Source: a virus (Duplodnaviria > Caudoviricetes). Taken from it: 61,936 nt of DNA. Where the stretch lies: positions 1-61,936 of the IMG/VR virus record IMGVR_UViG_3300031974_003128. The stretch is one strand, 5' to 3'. The translations under genes and the position numbers were made by a program. Below the pieces are notes generated by a model. The model did no database searches. It saw only the letters and a program-made list of their open reading frames with translations, and had not been told where the DNA came from. Shown here piece by piece: positions 1 through 10,534 of this stretch. Position 1 is the first letter of the stretch; each line of letters starts with the position of its first letter.

Positions 1-91
1 TCTTCTAAACTTACATCTTCTAAAAATTACCTTAAAAGATATAGAGGTCAAGGCAGGTAAATAATTTATATCTTTGTATTAATTAAATTTA
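1..91. repeat. 91-bp terminal direct repeat, left copy (circular assembly overlap)
   Basis: 1-91 is identical to 61846-61936; an ORF starting at 61771 reads through it. Confidence 0.95.
69..76 (+). promoter_or_regulatory. Bacteroidota-type -7 promoter element (TATCTTTG)
   Basis: Matches TAnnTTTG; intergenic, 20 nt upstream of ATG 97, followed by an AT-rich leader without SD. Confidence 0.7.
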
Positions 92-96
92 ATCTA

Positions 97-321
97 ATGG
101 ATATAAGAAAGATTTCTATAGGTCAAGACTATAAGTCAAGCTCTATGCATTACATAGTTGGCCAAGAAGTTTTGGGAGGTAAATATTTTATCCATCTCAT
201 TCAGTATGTTGAACATTCAGATAGTTATAAGATTTGGATTCAACAAGAAGACGAAGTGCTACTTTGGAAAGAATTTAATTCCAATATGCCAGTGTCAGTA
301 GAATATAATATAAACTTTTAA
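97..321 (+). CDS. hypothetical protein, first gene of packaging operon
   Basis: 74-aa ORF behind a promoter; TAATG overlap with next gene. Confidence 0.8.
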   Translation: MDIRKISIGQDYKSSSMHYIVGQEVLGGKYFIHLIQYVEHSDSYKIWIQQEDEVLLWKEFNSNMPVSVEYNINF

Positions 322-884
322 TGAGGTCACCTTTTTATTTTATTGTAAAACCACTAGGTGATAAAAGATACACCAATACTAAAAATATTGAGGGTGTTGA
401 ATTTGTTACCAATACATCTGAGGAAAACCATAAAGCTTCAAACAGGCATGGTGTTGTTATATCAACTCCTCTTGGTTATGATGGCCCTATTAAAGTTGGT
501 GATATACTTTTAGTACATCATAATGTATTTAAGTTCTACAATGATATGAAAGGTAGACAGAAAAGTAGCAAGAGTTATTTTATGGATGGTATGTTCTTTA
601 TTGAGAACGACCAGTTCTTTATGTTTAAACAAGATGATGTATGGCATTGTCATGACAGATATTGTTTTGTAAAGCCAGTTCCAAAAGAAGAATCATTTAT
701 ATCTAAACTAGGAACAGAAGAACCTCTTATTGGTGAGATGAAATATCCAAATGATTATTTAAAATCTAAAGGAGTAAAACAAGGTGATAGAATATGTTTC
801 AAACCAGAGAGTGAATATGAATTTACTGTAGATGATGAGAAACTATACAGAATGTATGACCACCAAATAACTTTAATTTTATGA
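321..884 (+). CDS. GroES-like protein with two tandem Cpn10-like domains
   Basis: Two GroES-like segments: FIVKP...GVVIST...IKVGDILLV and CFVKP...GVKQGDRICF...EFTVDDEKLYRM..HQI. Confidence 0.6.
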   Translation: MRSPFYFIVKPLGDKRYTNTKNIEGVEFVTNTSEENHKASNRHGVVISTPLGYDGPIKVGDILLVHHNVFKFYNDMKGRQKSSKSYFMDGMFFIENDQFFMFKQDDVWHCHDRYCFVKPVPKEESFISKLGTEEPLIGEMKYPNDYLKSKGVKQGDRICFKPESEYEFTVDDEKLYRMYDHQITLIL

Positions 885-1159
885 AATCAGAAGAACTTAA
901 AAAACAAATTATACAAGCAGGGCGTAGAGCAGTAGAGCAACTTATTAAAGTAGCAAAAGAAGATATTATAAAACCTGATCCTGAAGATGAACTAGCTGCA
1001 GATAGATTAAAGAATGCAGCAGCCACAAAAAAGCTAGCTATTTTTGATGCTTTTGATATTTTAAATAAAATAGATTTAGAAGAAGAAGTACTTGAAAGTG
1101 GAGGAACAATAGATAAAACAAATACAAAACAAGGGTTTGCAGAACGAAGATCAAAATAG
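881..1159 (+). CDS. putative terminase small subunit
   Basis: Helical 92-aa ORF immediately upstream of and overlapping the large terminase; positional inference. Confidence 0.5.
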   Translation: MKSEELKKQIIQAGRRAVEQLIKVAKEDIIKPDPEDELAADRLKNAAATKKLAIFDAFDILNKIDLEEEVLESGGTIDKTNTKQGFAERRSK

Positions 1160-3383
1160 TTTATATCAAGAATTAAGAGATTATATTCCTAAAACTGTTC
1201 TTAGTAAAAAGAATACGGCTAAAACTTGGGTGTATGGATATAACGAAAAGTATGATGTGGTTGTTATATCTAGATCAGGTCAAATAGGTCAGGTAATAAA
1301 TATTAATGGTTTATGTATTGCACTGCCAAAAAAGCCAGAAGATATTTTTTCCAGACATAAAAGTAAAGAAAAACAATATTGGGAAAGACATGAGCTTCCA
1401 AAAGATTTAACTAGAATAAATTCTATATTTCAGTGGAACGAAAGACCACCTCAGTTTAAAAACAAATGGGTAGATTATATCGAGGGAGAGTTTGATAAAA
1501 GAGAACTAGGTTATTGGTTTTATAATAATGGTAAACCTACGTATATAACAGGCTCTCATTATATGTACTTGCAATGGACAAGTATTGATGTTGGTTATCC
1601 TGATTACAGAGAAGCAAACAGAATATTCTTTTTATACTGGGAGGCTTGTAAAGCAGATAATAGATGTTTTGGAATGGATTATTTAAAAATAAGACGTTCA
1701 GGTTTTTCTTTTATGGGGTCATCAGAATGTGTAAATACAGGAACATTGGCTAGAGATTCTAGGGTTGGTATTTTATCAAAGACAGGTTCTGATGCTAAAA
1801 AAATGTTTACAGATAAAGTTGTACCTATTGCAAACAGACTACCATTTTTTTTCAAACCGATACAAGATGGTATGGATAAACCAAAAACAGAATTAGCATT
1901 TAGAATACCAGCTTCTAAGATTACAAAGAAAAATATGTATGATGATGTTGATGAAGAGCTGACAGGACTTGATACAACTATTGACTGGAAAAATACAGAT
2001 GACAACTCTTATGATGGTGAAAAACTTTTACTGCTTGTACATGATGAATCTGGTAAATGGATAAAGCCAAATAATATTTTAAATAACTGGCGTGTAACTA
2101 AAACTTGTCTCAGACTAGGAAGCAAAGTTATTGGTAAATGTATGATGGGTTCTACATCAAATGCTCTTGATAAAGGGGGTGATAATTTTAAAAAGTTATT
2201 TGAAGATTCAAATGTAAATACTAGAAACGCAAACGGTCAAACTAAATCTGGATTATATTCTTTATTTATTCCCATGGAATGGAATATGGAAGGTTTTATA
2301 GATAGATATGGTATGCCTGTATTTAGAAAACCTGAGAAACCCGTAGCTGGAGTTGATGGAGAATGGATTACAAATGGAGCAATAGATTATTGGGAAGCTG
2401 AAGTAGATTCATTGAAGAATGATGCTGATGCATTAAATGAATTTTACAGACAGTTTCCAAGAACAGAGTCTCACGCATTTAGAGATGAGAGTAAATCATC
2501 ACTATTTAATCTAACTAAAATATATCAGCAGATTGATTATAATGATTCTTTAATTATGGAGCATCACGTAACTCGTGGTAGATTCTATTGGAAGGATGGT
2601 ATAAAAGATTCTGAGGTTATATGGACTCCAGATTCCAGAGGTAGATTCAAAGTGTCTTGGACACCTAACAAAGGATTAAATAATAAAAAGATTCAAAAGC
2701 ATGGCGTATACTTTCCTCTGAATGAACATATCGGTGCATTTGGTTGTGATAGTTATGATATATCTGGAACTGTTGGAGGTGGTGGATCAAATGGAGCTTT
2801 GCATGGTTTAACTAAGTTTAATATGGAAGAAGCTCCGAGTAATGAGTTCTTTCTAGAATATGTTGCTAGACCACAAACAGCAGAGATATTTTTTGAAGAA
2901 GTATTAATGGCTTGTGTATTTTATAGTATGCCAATACTTGTAGAGAATAACAAACCTAGATTATTATATCATTTTAAAAACAGAGGATATAGGGGATATT
3001 GTATGAATAGGCCAGATAAACATTATAATAAATTATCAAAGACTGAAAAAGAACTGGGTGGTATTCCTAATACATCTGAAGATGTAAAGCAATCACACGC
3101 TGCAGCTATAGAATCATATATAGAAAAGTATGTTGGTATTGATTTAGATGGCACATATAGGTCTATGGATGAAATGGGGTCAATGTATTTTACAAGGACA
3201 CTAGAAGACTGGGCAAGGTTTGATATTAGCAGTAGAACAAAGTTTGATGCCAGTATTAGTTCTGGGCTTGCAATAATGGCAAATCAAAAGAATGTTTACC
3301 TTCCTGAGAAAAAACAATCAAAAATAAGTCTTAACTTTGCACAATATAATAATAAAGGAATTTTAAGTGAATTAATTAGATGA
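1137..3383 (+). CDS. terL: terminase large subunit
   Basis: Walker A-like LKIRRSGFS, Walker B LLLVHDESGK, coupling motif GSTSN, nuclease acidic motif GCDSYD; precedes portal; TTG start uncertain. Confidence 0.9.
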   Translation: MQNEDQNSLYQELRDYIPKTVLSKKNTAKTWVYGYNEKYDVVVISRSGQIGQVININGLCIALPKKPEDIFSRHKSKEKQYWERHELPKDLTRINSIFQWNERPPQFKNKWVDYIEGEFDKRELGYWFYNNGKPTYITGSHYMYLQWTSIDVGYPDYREANRIFFLYWEACKADNRCFGMDYLKIRRSGFSFMGSSECVNTGTLARDSRVGILSKTGSDAKKMFTDKVVPIANRLPFFFKPIQDGMDKPKTELAFRIPASKITKKNMYDDVDEELTGLDTTIDWKNTDDNSYDGEKLLLLVHDESGKWIKPNNILNNWRVTKTCLRLGSKVIGKCMMGSTSNALDKGGDNFKKLFEDSNVNTRNANGQTKSGLYSLFIPMEWNMEGFIDRYGMPVFRKPEKPVAGVDGEWITNGAIDYWEAEVDSLKNDADALNEFYRQFPRTESHAFRDESKSSLFNLTKIYQQIDYNDSLIMEHHVTRGRFYWKDGIKDSEVIWTPDSRGRFKVSWTPNKGLNNKKIQKHGVYFPLNEHIGAFGCDSYDISGTVGGGGSNGALHGLTKFNMEEAPSNEFFLEYVARPQTAEIFFEEVLMACVFYSMPILVENNKPRLLYHFKNRGYRGYCMNRPDKHYNKLSKTEKELGGIPNTSEDVKQSHAAAIESYIEKYVGIDLDGTYRSMDEMGSMYFTRTLEDWARFDISSRTKFDASISSGLAIMANQKNVYLPEKKQSKISLNFAQYNNKGILSELIR

Positions 3384-5815
3384 AAGATGTAAACATAAAT
3401 ATTTCATCTGTAGGATTCCCTAGTCAGTTTGTATCTGATGCTGAGAAGGCAACTGATGAGTTTGGATTACAAATAGGGCAAGCTATACAATACGAATGGT
3501 TTCGTAAAGATTCTACCGGATGCAGATACTATAATCAGTGGAGGGATTTTAATAGATTAAGATTATACGCAAGAGGTGAACAATCAGTAGCAAAATATAA
3601 AAATGAATTAGCTGTTGATGGTGATTTATCTTACTTAAATTTAGATTGGACACCAGTTCCAATCATTCCTAAATTTGTTGATATAGTAGTAAACGGAATG
3701 TCTGATAGATTATTCAAAGTAAAAGCGTATGCTCAAGATGCTTTGTCTCAATCTAAAAGAAGCAAGTATCAAGAAATGATTGAAGGGCAGATGGCTGCTA
3801 AAGATGTACTTGATATTGTACAAAAGAATACAGGGTTCGATCCATTCATTATGAATCCTGATGAACTTCCTGCAAGTGATGAGGAGCTTTCATTATACAT
3901 GAACTTAAATTACAAACCAGCTATTGAGATTGCTGAAGAAGAAGCTATCAATACAATGTTTGAAGAAAACCATTATAATGATATTCGTAAAAGATTAGAT
4001 TACGATATTATGGTTACTGGTATGGCTGTTGCAAAGCATGAGTTTTTAAAAGGAGCTGGAGTAGAAATTAAATATGTAGATCCAGCAAATGTAGTTTATA
4101 GTTATACAGAAGATCCTCATTTTAAAGATTGTTTTTATTGGGGTGAAATTAAAACAGTTCCAATCACTGAACTAGTGAAGATTGATCCTACGCTAACTAA
4201 GGAAGATTTAGAAAAAATATCTCAGTATAGTCAAAGCTGGTATGATTATTACAACACAGCTCAATATTATGAGAACGATATATTTTATAGAGACACAGCT
4301 ACTTTAATGTACTTTAATTATAAAACCACTAAGAAGATGGTTTATAAAAAGAAGATTAAAGAGAATGGTAATATCTCTATGATAGAAAAGGACGATACTT
4401 TTAACCCTCCTAATGAAATGATGGAAGAGGGTAATTTTGAAAAAGTAGAAAAAACAATTGACGTATGGTATGATGGTGTAATGGTTATGGGTACTAACTT
4501 TATTTTAAAGTGGGAGCTTGCAAAGAATATGGTTAGACCAAAATCATCTTCACAGCACGCTATACCAAATTATGTAGCAGTTGCTCCAAGAATGTATAAA
4601 GGTGTGATTGAATCTCTTGTTAGAAGAATGATTCCTTATGCTGACCTTATACAGATGACTCATTTAAAACTACAACAGGTAATTGCTAGAACAGTTCCTG
4701 ATGGTGTATATATAGATGCAGATGGATTGAATGAGGTTGATCTTGGAACAGGATCAGCTTATAACCCAGAAGATGCACTTAGATTGTATTTCCAAACAGG
4801 TTCTGTAATTGGTAGAAGTTATACGCAAGAAGGTGATTATAATCAGGGTAAAGTTCCTATACAGCAGCTCACAAGCAATTCTGGCGCTTCTAAGGCACAA
4901 ATGCTTATAGGTAACCTTAACCACTACTTAGACATGATTCGAGCTGTAACGGGCTTAAATGAAGCGAGAGACGGTACTATAGCAAATTCAGATGCTTTAG
5001 TAGGTGTTCAAAAGCTAGCTGCGCTTAGTTCAAATACAGCAACAAGACATATTCTTGATGGAAGTTTATATATATACAGAACATTATCAGAAGCATTAAC
5101 TTATAGAATAGCTGATATATTAGAGTATTCTGACTTTAAGGATGACTTTATTAATAAAATCGGTAAATACAATGTTAGCATTCTTGGAGAAATTTCTGAC
5201 CTATATATATATGACTTTGGAATCTTTATTGAGTTGTCTCCAGATGAAGAACAAAAAGCAATGCTTGAGCAAAATATTCAAATGGCATTATCTAAGGGTG
5301 ATATTAATTTGGAAGACGCTATTGACATACGTGAAATAAAGAATTTAAAATTAGCTAATCAACTTTTAAAAGTTAAAAGAAAAGCTAAGCAAGAGCAAGA
5401 CCAAAAGCAAGAAATGCAAAAGCAGGCTATGATTGCTCAACAACAATTAAAATCTCAAGAACTTGCAGCTCAAGTAGCAATGCAAAAAATAGAAGCTGAA
5501 ACTCAGTCTAAAATTAGATACAGACAAGCTGATATTGCATTTGAAATTGAAAAGCAAAAACAAGAAGCTGCTCTTAAATCACAACTGATGGAGCAAGAGT
5601 TTCAATATAATATGCAAGTTAAAGGATTAGATGCTGCTACGCTAGCAGAGAGAGAGCAATCAAGAGAGAAAGCTAAAAGTGATAGAATTAGTCAGCAGAA
5701 TACAGAACAATCAAAACTTATAACGCAGAGGAAAAATAATTTACCTCCTCAAAATTTTGAGTCTAATGAAGATACGTTAGATGGTTTTGATTTAGCAGAG
5801 TTTGAGCCAAGATAA
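3380..5815 (+). CDS. portal protein
   Basis: 811 aa after terL; PIIPKFVDIVVNG segment, Q/E/K-rich C-terminal coiled coil typical of podovirus portals. Confidence 0.85.
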   Translation: MKDVNINISSVGFPSQFVSDAEKATDEFGLQIGQAIQYEWFRKDSTGCRYYNQWRDFNRLRLYARGEQSVAKYKNELAVDGDLSYLNLDWTPVPIIPKFVDIVVNGMSDRLFKVKAYAQDALSQSKRSKYQEMIEGQMAAKDVLDIVQKNTGFDPFIMNPDELPASDEELSLYMNLNYKPAIEIAEEEAINTMFEENHYNDIRKRLDYDIMVTGMAVAKHEFLKGAGVEIKYVDPANVVYSYTEDPHFKDCFYWGEIKTVPITELVKIDPTLTKEDLEKISQYSQSWYDYYNTAQYYENDIFYRDTATLMYFNYKTTKKMVYKKKIKENGNISMIEKDDTFNPPNEMMEEGNFEKVEKTIDVWYDGVMVMGTNFILKWELAKNMVRPKSSSQHAIPNYVAVAPRMYKGVIESLVRRMIPYADLIQMTHLKLQQVIARTVPDGVYIDADGLNEVDLGTGSAYNPEDALRLYFQTGSVIGRSYTQEGDYNQGKVPIQQLTSNSGASKAQMLIGNLNHYLDMIRAVTGLNEARDGTIANSDALVGVQKLAALSSNTATRHILDGSLYIYRTLSEALTYRIADILEYSDFKDDFINKIGKYNVSILGEISDLYIYDFGIFIELSPDEEQKAMLEQNIQMALSKGDINLEDAIDIREIKNLKLANQLLKVKRKAKQEQDQKQEMQKQAMIAQQQLKSQELAAQVAMQKIEAETQSKIRYRQADIAFEIEKQKQEAALKSQLMEQEFQYNMQVKGLDAATLAEREQSREKAKSDRISQQNTEQSKLITQRKNNLPPQNFESNEDTLDGFDLAEFEPR

Positions 5816-5832
5816 TGCGTTTAAATTTTGCG

Positions 5833-5840
5833 TAAATTTG
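5833..5840 (+). promoter_or_regulatory. TAnnTTTG promoter element (TAAATTTG) for scaffold-capsid operon
   Basis: Intergenic consensus match upstream of ATG 5863. Confidence 0.65.
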
Positions 5841-5862
5841 CAAATAAATTAAATTAAATTAA

Positions 5863-7032
5863 ATGGATATAAAAGTTAGAGAAGTAACTGATGTTGAGTC
5901 TAAATCAACACAGGAAGTAGAAAAAGAATTGCTTGAAAAACACGAGCAGGAACAACAACAGAAAGAAGAAACGGTTGTTGAAGAACAAAGTACTCAAGAA
6001 CCTGTTGCTGAAAATGAAACTTCAGAAGAAGTTGTAGCGCAGGAGACAGAGGTTAGTGAGCCAGAAGAAGTTAAAGAAGTTGAAGCTCCACCAGTAAAAC
6101 CCTCAGAATTAAATGAGGATGAAGTTCTTTCATATATTGGTAAAAGATATGGTAAGGAAATTAAATCTATTGATGATTTAGTTAATGCAAGACAAGAATC
6201 AGAAGAATTACCTTCTGATGTTGCAGCTTACCTAAAGTATAAAAAGGAAACAGGTCGTGGTATAGACGATTATGCAAAATTGCAAAAAGATTATTCCGAC
6301 ATGGATTCCGATTCTTTGCTTAGAGAATATTATTCAATAACAGAAGAAGGTTTAGATTCTGATGATATTGATATGTTAATGGAAGAGTTTGTTTATGATG
6401 AAGAAATAAACGAACCAGCTGAAATTAAAAAAATAAAACTAGCAAAGAAGAAAGAGATTGCTAAAGCAAAAAAGTTTCTTAGAGAACAGCAGGAGTTATA
6501 CAAACAGCCTCTTGAGTCAAGGGAAAGTTCTGCCACTGCTAACAACGAGGAACTTATTGAGTATAGGCAATATTTAGAGTCAGCTAAAGCTCAACAAGAA
6601 GATGCTAATCAAAAAAGAGAATGGTTTGTCAAAAAAAGTGACGAAGTATTCAGCTCCGAATTTAAAGGTTTTAAGTTCAACATAGGAGAGAATGATATAG
6701 TGTATTCTCCAGGTAGCGCTTCTGAACTTAAAAAAGCTCAAGAGACTCCACTTAACTTTGTAAATAAGTATTTGGATTCTAATGGTTTTATTAAAGATGC
6801 AGAAGGTTATCACAAAGCTCTAGCTATAGCTATGAATCCTGATAAATTTGCTCAGTTCTTTTACGAGCAGGGTAAATCACAGGCTACTGATGATGTAATT
6901 CGTAAAACTAAAAACGTTGATATGACGGAACGAAGTGCACCACAAGTATCTGCTAAATCTGGATTCCAAGTTAAATCAGTTTCTCAGCCATCAAGCCGAG
7001 GACTGAAAATTAGAAGTATAAAAAAAAGTTAA
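5863..7032 (+). CDS. capsid scaffolding protein (putative)
   Basis: Acidic, coiled-coil, between portal and capsid genes; basic C-terminus. Confidence 0.7.
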   Translation: MDIKVREVTDVESKSTQEVEKELLEKHEQEQQQKEETVVEEQSTQEPVAENETSEEVVAQETEVSEPEEVKEVEAPPVKPSELNEDEVLSYIGKRYGKEIKSIDDLVNARQESEELPSDVAAYLKYKKETGRGIDDYAKLQKDYSDMDSDSLLREYYSITEEGLDSDDIDMLMEEFVYDEEINEPAEIKKIKLAKKKEIAKAKKFLREQQELYKQPLESRESSATANNEELIEYRQYLESAKAQQEDANQKREWFVKKSDEVFSSEFKGFKFNIGENDIVYSPGSASELKKAQETPLNFVNKYLDSNGFIKDAEGYHKALAIAMNPDKFAQFFYEQGKSQATDDVIRKTKNVDMTERSAPQVSAKSGFQVKSVSQPSSRGLKIRSIKKS

Positions 7033-7052
7033 TAACATAAAAATTTAAAACA

Positions 7053-8510
7053 ATGGCAGGACAAGTTTTAGCGTCACCTACTTATGCGTTGACGCCGAGT
7101 TCAGAAAGAACTCCAACAGCCCAAAACTATATCGTTAACTTCGACTTTTTAAACCAGTATCTACCTGATACTTACGAAAAAGAGTTCGAAAGATACGGTA
7201 ATAGAACTATCTCATCTTTCTTAAGAATGGTGGGAGCAGAAATGCCTACTAACTCTGACTTAATTAAATGGGCAGAGCAAGGTAGATTACACACGAAATA
7301 TACGTCAGTTGGTACTGCAGCTTTAGTAAACGCAGACACTGCAACATTTCAGGTAAACGACACATTAGACCCAACAACAGCTGAGCAAGTAATTAGAATT
7401 GGTCAGACAGTTGTAATCGTACAAAACGATGGTTCAGGTGTAAACAAAGCAGTTGTTACTGCAGTTAATAACGCAGCTGGTGGTGCAGGTCAATTTACTG
7501 TTGCTTTTTACGAAGCAGGTGGTTTAGTGACTGCAGGTACAGGTGCTGGTAACGCAGATGTAACTGTATTTATTTATGGTTCAGAGTTCAAAAAAGGAAC
7601 TGCTGGTATGGTAGGTTCTCTTGAAGCTAATGACTTCATTTTTGAAAACAAACCAATTATTTTAAAAGATACATATACTGTAAATGGTTCAGATATGGCA
7701 CAAATCGGATGGGTAGAAGTTACTACTGAAGATGGTGCTACTGGATACCTTTGGTATTTAAAATCTGAGCATGAAACAAGATTAAGATTTGATGACTATT
7801 TAGAAACAGCTATGATTGAAGCTGTACCTGCTGAGACTAACTCAGGTGCTGCTGCTGCATTAGGTAGCTCAGGTGCTGCTGCAAATCCAGGTGCTGGTTC
7901 TGATGGTATATTCTACGCAGTAACTCAAAGAGGAAATATCTGGGATGGTGGTAACCCTACTACACTTGCAGATTTTGACTCTATTATTAGTAGATTAGAC
8001 AAACAAGGTGCAATTGAAGAAAACGTACTGTTTATTGACAGACAATTCTCATTTGATATTGACGATATGTTAGCTGCTCAAAACTCTTACGGAGCTGGTG
8101 GTACTTCATACGGTCTATTTGACAATGACGAAGAAATGGCATTAAACTTAGGATTCTCTGGATTCAGAAGAGGATACGATTTCTACAAAACTGATTGGAA
8201 ATACTTAAACGACCCTACAATGAGAGGTGGTTTACCATCAGGAGCTAACTCTGGTAAAATCAATGGACTATTAGTTCCAGCTGGTTCTACTACAGTGTAT
8301 GACCAAATTCTTGGTAAAAATGCAAAAAGACCTTTCTTACATGTAAGATATAGAGCTTCAGAAACTGAAGACAGAAGATATAAAACTTGGATCACTGGTT
8401 CAGCTGGTGGTGCAGCAACTTCTGATATCGATAACATGCAAGTTAACTTTTTATCAGAAAGAGCTGTATGTACTTTAGGTGCAAACAACTTCTTCTTATT
8501 CCAAGATTAA
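7053..8510 (+). CDS. major capsid protein
   Basis: 485 aa after scaffold, followed by strong terminator; WAEQGRLH segment as in Bacteroidota podovirus capsids; biased codon usage. Confidence 0.85.
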   Translation: MAGQVLASPTYALTPSSERTPTAQNYIVNFDFLNQYLPDTYEKEFERYGNRTISSFLRMVGAEMPTNSDLIKWAEQGRLHTKYTSVGTAALVNADTATFQVNDTLDPTTAEQVIRIGQTVVIVQNDGSGVNKAVVTAVNNAAGGAGQFTVAFYEAGGLVTAGTGAGNADVTVFIYGSEFKKGTAGMVGSLEANDFIFENKPIILKDTYTVNGSDMAQIGWVEVTTEDGATGYLWYLKSEHETRLRFDDYLETAMIEAVPAETNSGAAAALGSSGAAANPGAGSDGIFYAVTQRGNIWDGGNPTTLADFDSIISRLDKQGAIEENVLFIDRQFSFDIDDMLAAQNSYGAGGTSYGLFDNDEEMALNLGFSGFRRGYDFYKTDWKYLNDPTMRGGLPSGANSGKINGLLVPAGSTTVYDQILGKNAKRPFLHVRYRASETEDRRYKTWITGSAGGAATSDIDNMQVNFLSERAVCTLGANNFFLFQD

Positions 8511-8520
8511 TATTAAATTC

Positions 8521-8549
8521 AAAGGGGTGCAGCAATGTGCCCCTTTTTT
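8521..8549 (+). terminator. intrinsic terminator after capsid gene
   Basis: aaaggggtgca-gcaa-tgtgcccc followed by T run. Confidence 0.85.
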
Positions 8550-8573
8550 AAATTATAAATTAAATTAAATCAA

Positions 8574-9401
8574 ATGTCAAAAGAAACTAAAACTACAGAA
8601 ACAGTAGAAGAGACTACTGAAATTGTGCAAAAAAAGAAAAGCACACCTAAAAAATCTCAACCAAAATTTGTTGATAAAACATATAAGCTAACTAAAGAAG
8701 TAGCTCCATTATCATTAATACTTTCATCAAGACACACATCAAGATTTCCTTTATTATGGTTTGATGAAGAAACTGGTATCAATAGACCACTTAGATATGC
8801 AAGAAACCAGAACAGCCCATTTCAAGATGAGCAAGATGATAATGCGATATTAGAACCTATTGTATTTGAGAATGGTTTTTTATACGTTCCAAAAAACAAT
8901 CAAGTATTACAAAAGTTTTTACAATACCATCCTGGTAACGGAAGAACTTTTATTGAAGTAAATAAAGAAAAAGAAGCAGAAGTATTAGTAGAAGATTTAA
9001 ATGCTGAAGTAGATGCATTAATCGAAGCTAGACAATTAGATGTAGAGCAAGTAGAAAATGTAGCTAGAGTATTATTTCAAAGAGATGTTACTAAAGTTTC
9101 AACTTCAGAGCTTAGAAGAGATATATTAATATTTGCTAAACAAAATCCTAAAGACTTTTTGAATTTACTTAAAGATCCTATGCTAAAATTAAATGCTACA
9201 ATTCAAAACTTTTTTGATAAAGGTTTAGTTGTACTTAGAAACAGCAACAAGGAGATATGGTTTAATACACCATCAAATAAAAAGAAAATGTGTAATGTTC
9301 CTTATGGTGAAGACCCTATGTATATTGCAGCGTCATTCTTTCAAAGTGATGATGGTATTGACCTATTTAAACATTTAAAAAGCATATCAAAAAATTCGTA
9401 A
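8574..9401 (+). CDS. hypothetical, probably virion-associated protein
   Basis: 275-aa ORF between capsid and tail genes. Confidence 0.7.
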   Translation: MSKETKTTETVEETTEIVQKKKSTPKKSQPKFVDKTYKLTKEVAPLSLILSSRHTSRFPLLWFDEETGINRPLRYARNQNSPFQDEQDDNAILEPIVFENGFLYVPKNNQVLQKFLQYHPGNGRTFIEVNKEKEAEVLVEDLNAEVDALIEARQLDVEQVENVARVLFQRDVTKVSTSELRRDILIFAKQNPKDFLNLLKDPMLKLNATIQNFFDKGLVVLRNSNKEIWFNTPSNKKKMCNVPYGEDPMYIAASFFQSDDGIDLFKHLKSISKNS

Positions 9402-9435
9402 CTTTGCCTAAAGTTTAACTATTAATTTTTTAACA

Positions 9436-9717
9436 ATGCAAAAATTTTTAAATATTCCAGTAACTAATGAGCAATACCAATTAGTTGCTATTAATGATAT
9501 TGTTTTAATAGAGCAAGCATCTACTACTACAGTAACAATTACTTATGGTGGTGGTAAAGTAACTACTATCACTCACGCAACAGCAGGTGCGGGAGATGAA
9601 ACACAAAGAGACACAATTGAAGGTGCAGTTGTAGCTGCACTAGCTACATCATGGACAAACGTAGCATACAACGTAGATAACCTACCGTATGCTGTGAGTG
9701 GAATTGGAGTAGCATAA
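9436..9717 (+). CDS. small Thr/Ala-rich protein, possible capsid decoration; monocistronic
   Basis: Own TAACTTTG element at 9399-9406 and own terminator at 9749-9780. Confidence 0.65.
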   Translation: MQKFLNIPVTNEQYQLVAINDIVLIEQASTTTVTITYGGGKVTTITHATAGAGDETQRDTIEGAVVAALATSWTNVAYNVDNLPYAVSGIGVA

Positions 9718-9748
9718 CGATTATCCTTCCTTTACTATCGACAGCGAG

Positions 9749-9780
9749 AAAGCACCCAATTTCAGGGTGCTTTTTTATTT
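9749..9780 (+). terminator. intrinsic terminator
   Basis: aaagcaccc-aatttca-gggtgc followed by T run. Confidence 0.85.
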
Positions 9781-9807
9781 TGTTTATCTTTGTATAAACA
9801 TTTTCAA

Positions 9808-10533
9808 ATGATAAATTCTGTAAGAAATACTGTGCTTGCAATAATAAATAAAAATAACTATGGGTATATATCTCCTAGTGATTTTAACTTATTTGCAAAG
9901 CAAGCTCAGCTTGATATATTTGACGAATACTTTACAAATTATAATCAGCAAATAAACGAAGAGAATGCAAGAGTTTCTGGGACAGGTTATGCTGATATCA
10001 AAAAAGGATATGAAGAAGTAATAGATAGTTTTTCTGTTACAAACTATTTATCTCAAAGCGCTGCTAATGTTTACTTTTTACCTTCAACAGCTACAACTGG
10101 AGACGAATATTATTTATTAAATAAAGTTTTATGTTTTAGTTCAGGTATTTATCAAGGAGAAGCAGAGCAGGTTAGTCACTCAAAAATAACAATGTTAAGA
10201 AACTCTTTACTGACTGCTCCATCAAATCAATTTCCAGCATATACAATACAAGGAGACACTATATCAGTATTTCCTAGTTCATTTAATTCACCTAATGATG
10301 TTCAAGCGCAATACATAAGATATCCTAGAGATCCTAAATGGACTTATGTAACACTTTACGGAGGTGAGCCTTTGTTCGATCAATCTCAATCAGATTATCA
10401 AGACTTTGAACTTCCACCAGATGATGCTAATAATTTAGTAGCAAGGATATTACAATACGCTGGTATATCTATAAGAGAGGGAGATGTATATCAATTTGGA
10501 AATTTAGAAGAACAAAAAGAAAACCAAGAATAG
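9808..10533 (+). CDS. head-tail adaptor / tail ring protein
   Basis: Promoter TATCTTTG at 9785-9792 favours ATG 9808; FNLFAKQAQLDIF and QYIRYPRDPKW segments; position in podovirus tail operon. Confidence 0.65.
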   Translation: MINSVRNTVLAIINKNNYGYISPSDFNLFAKQAQLDIFDEYFTNYNQQINEENARVSGTGYADIKKGYEEVIDSFSVTNYLSQSAANVYFLPSTATTGDEYYLLNKVLCFSSGIYQGEAEQVSHSKITMLRNSLLTAPSNQFPAYTIQGDTISVFPSSFNSPNDVQAQYIRYPRDPKWTYVTLYGGEPLFDQSQSDYQDFELPPDDANNLVARILQYAGISIREGDVYQFGNLEEQKENQE

Positions 10534-10534
10534 T

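Noticed and set aside
1-91. Terminal repeat as a biological DTR
   Set aside because: It cuts through a coding region in the middle of the late arm; more simply an assembler overlap of a circular contig
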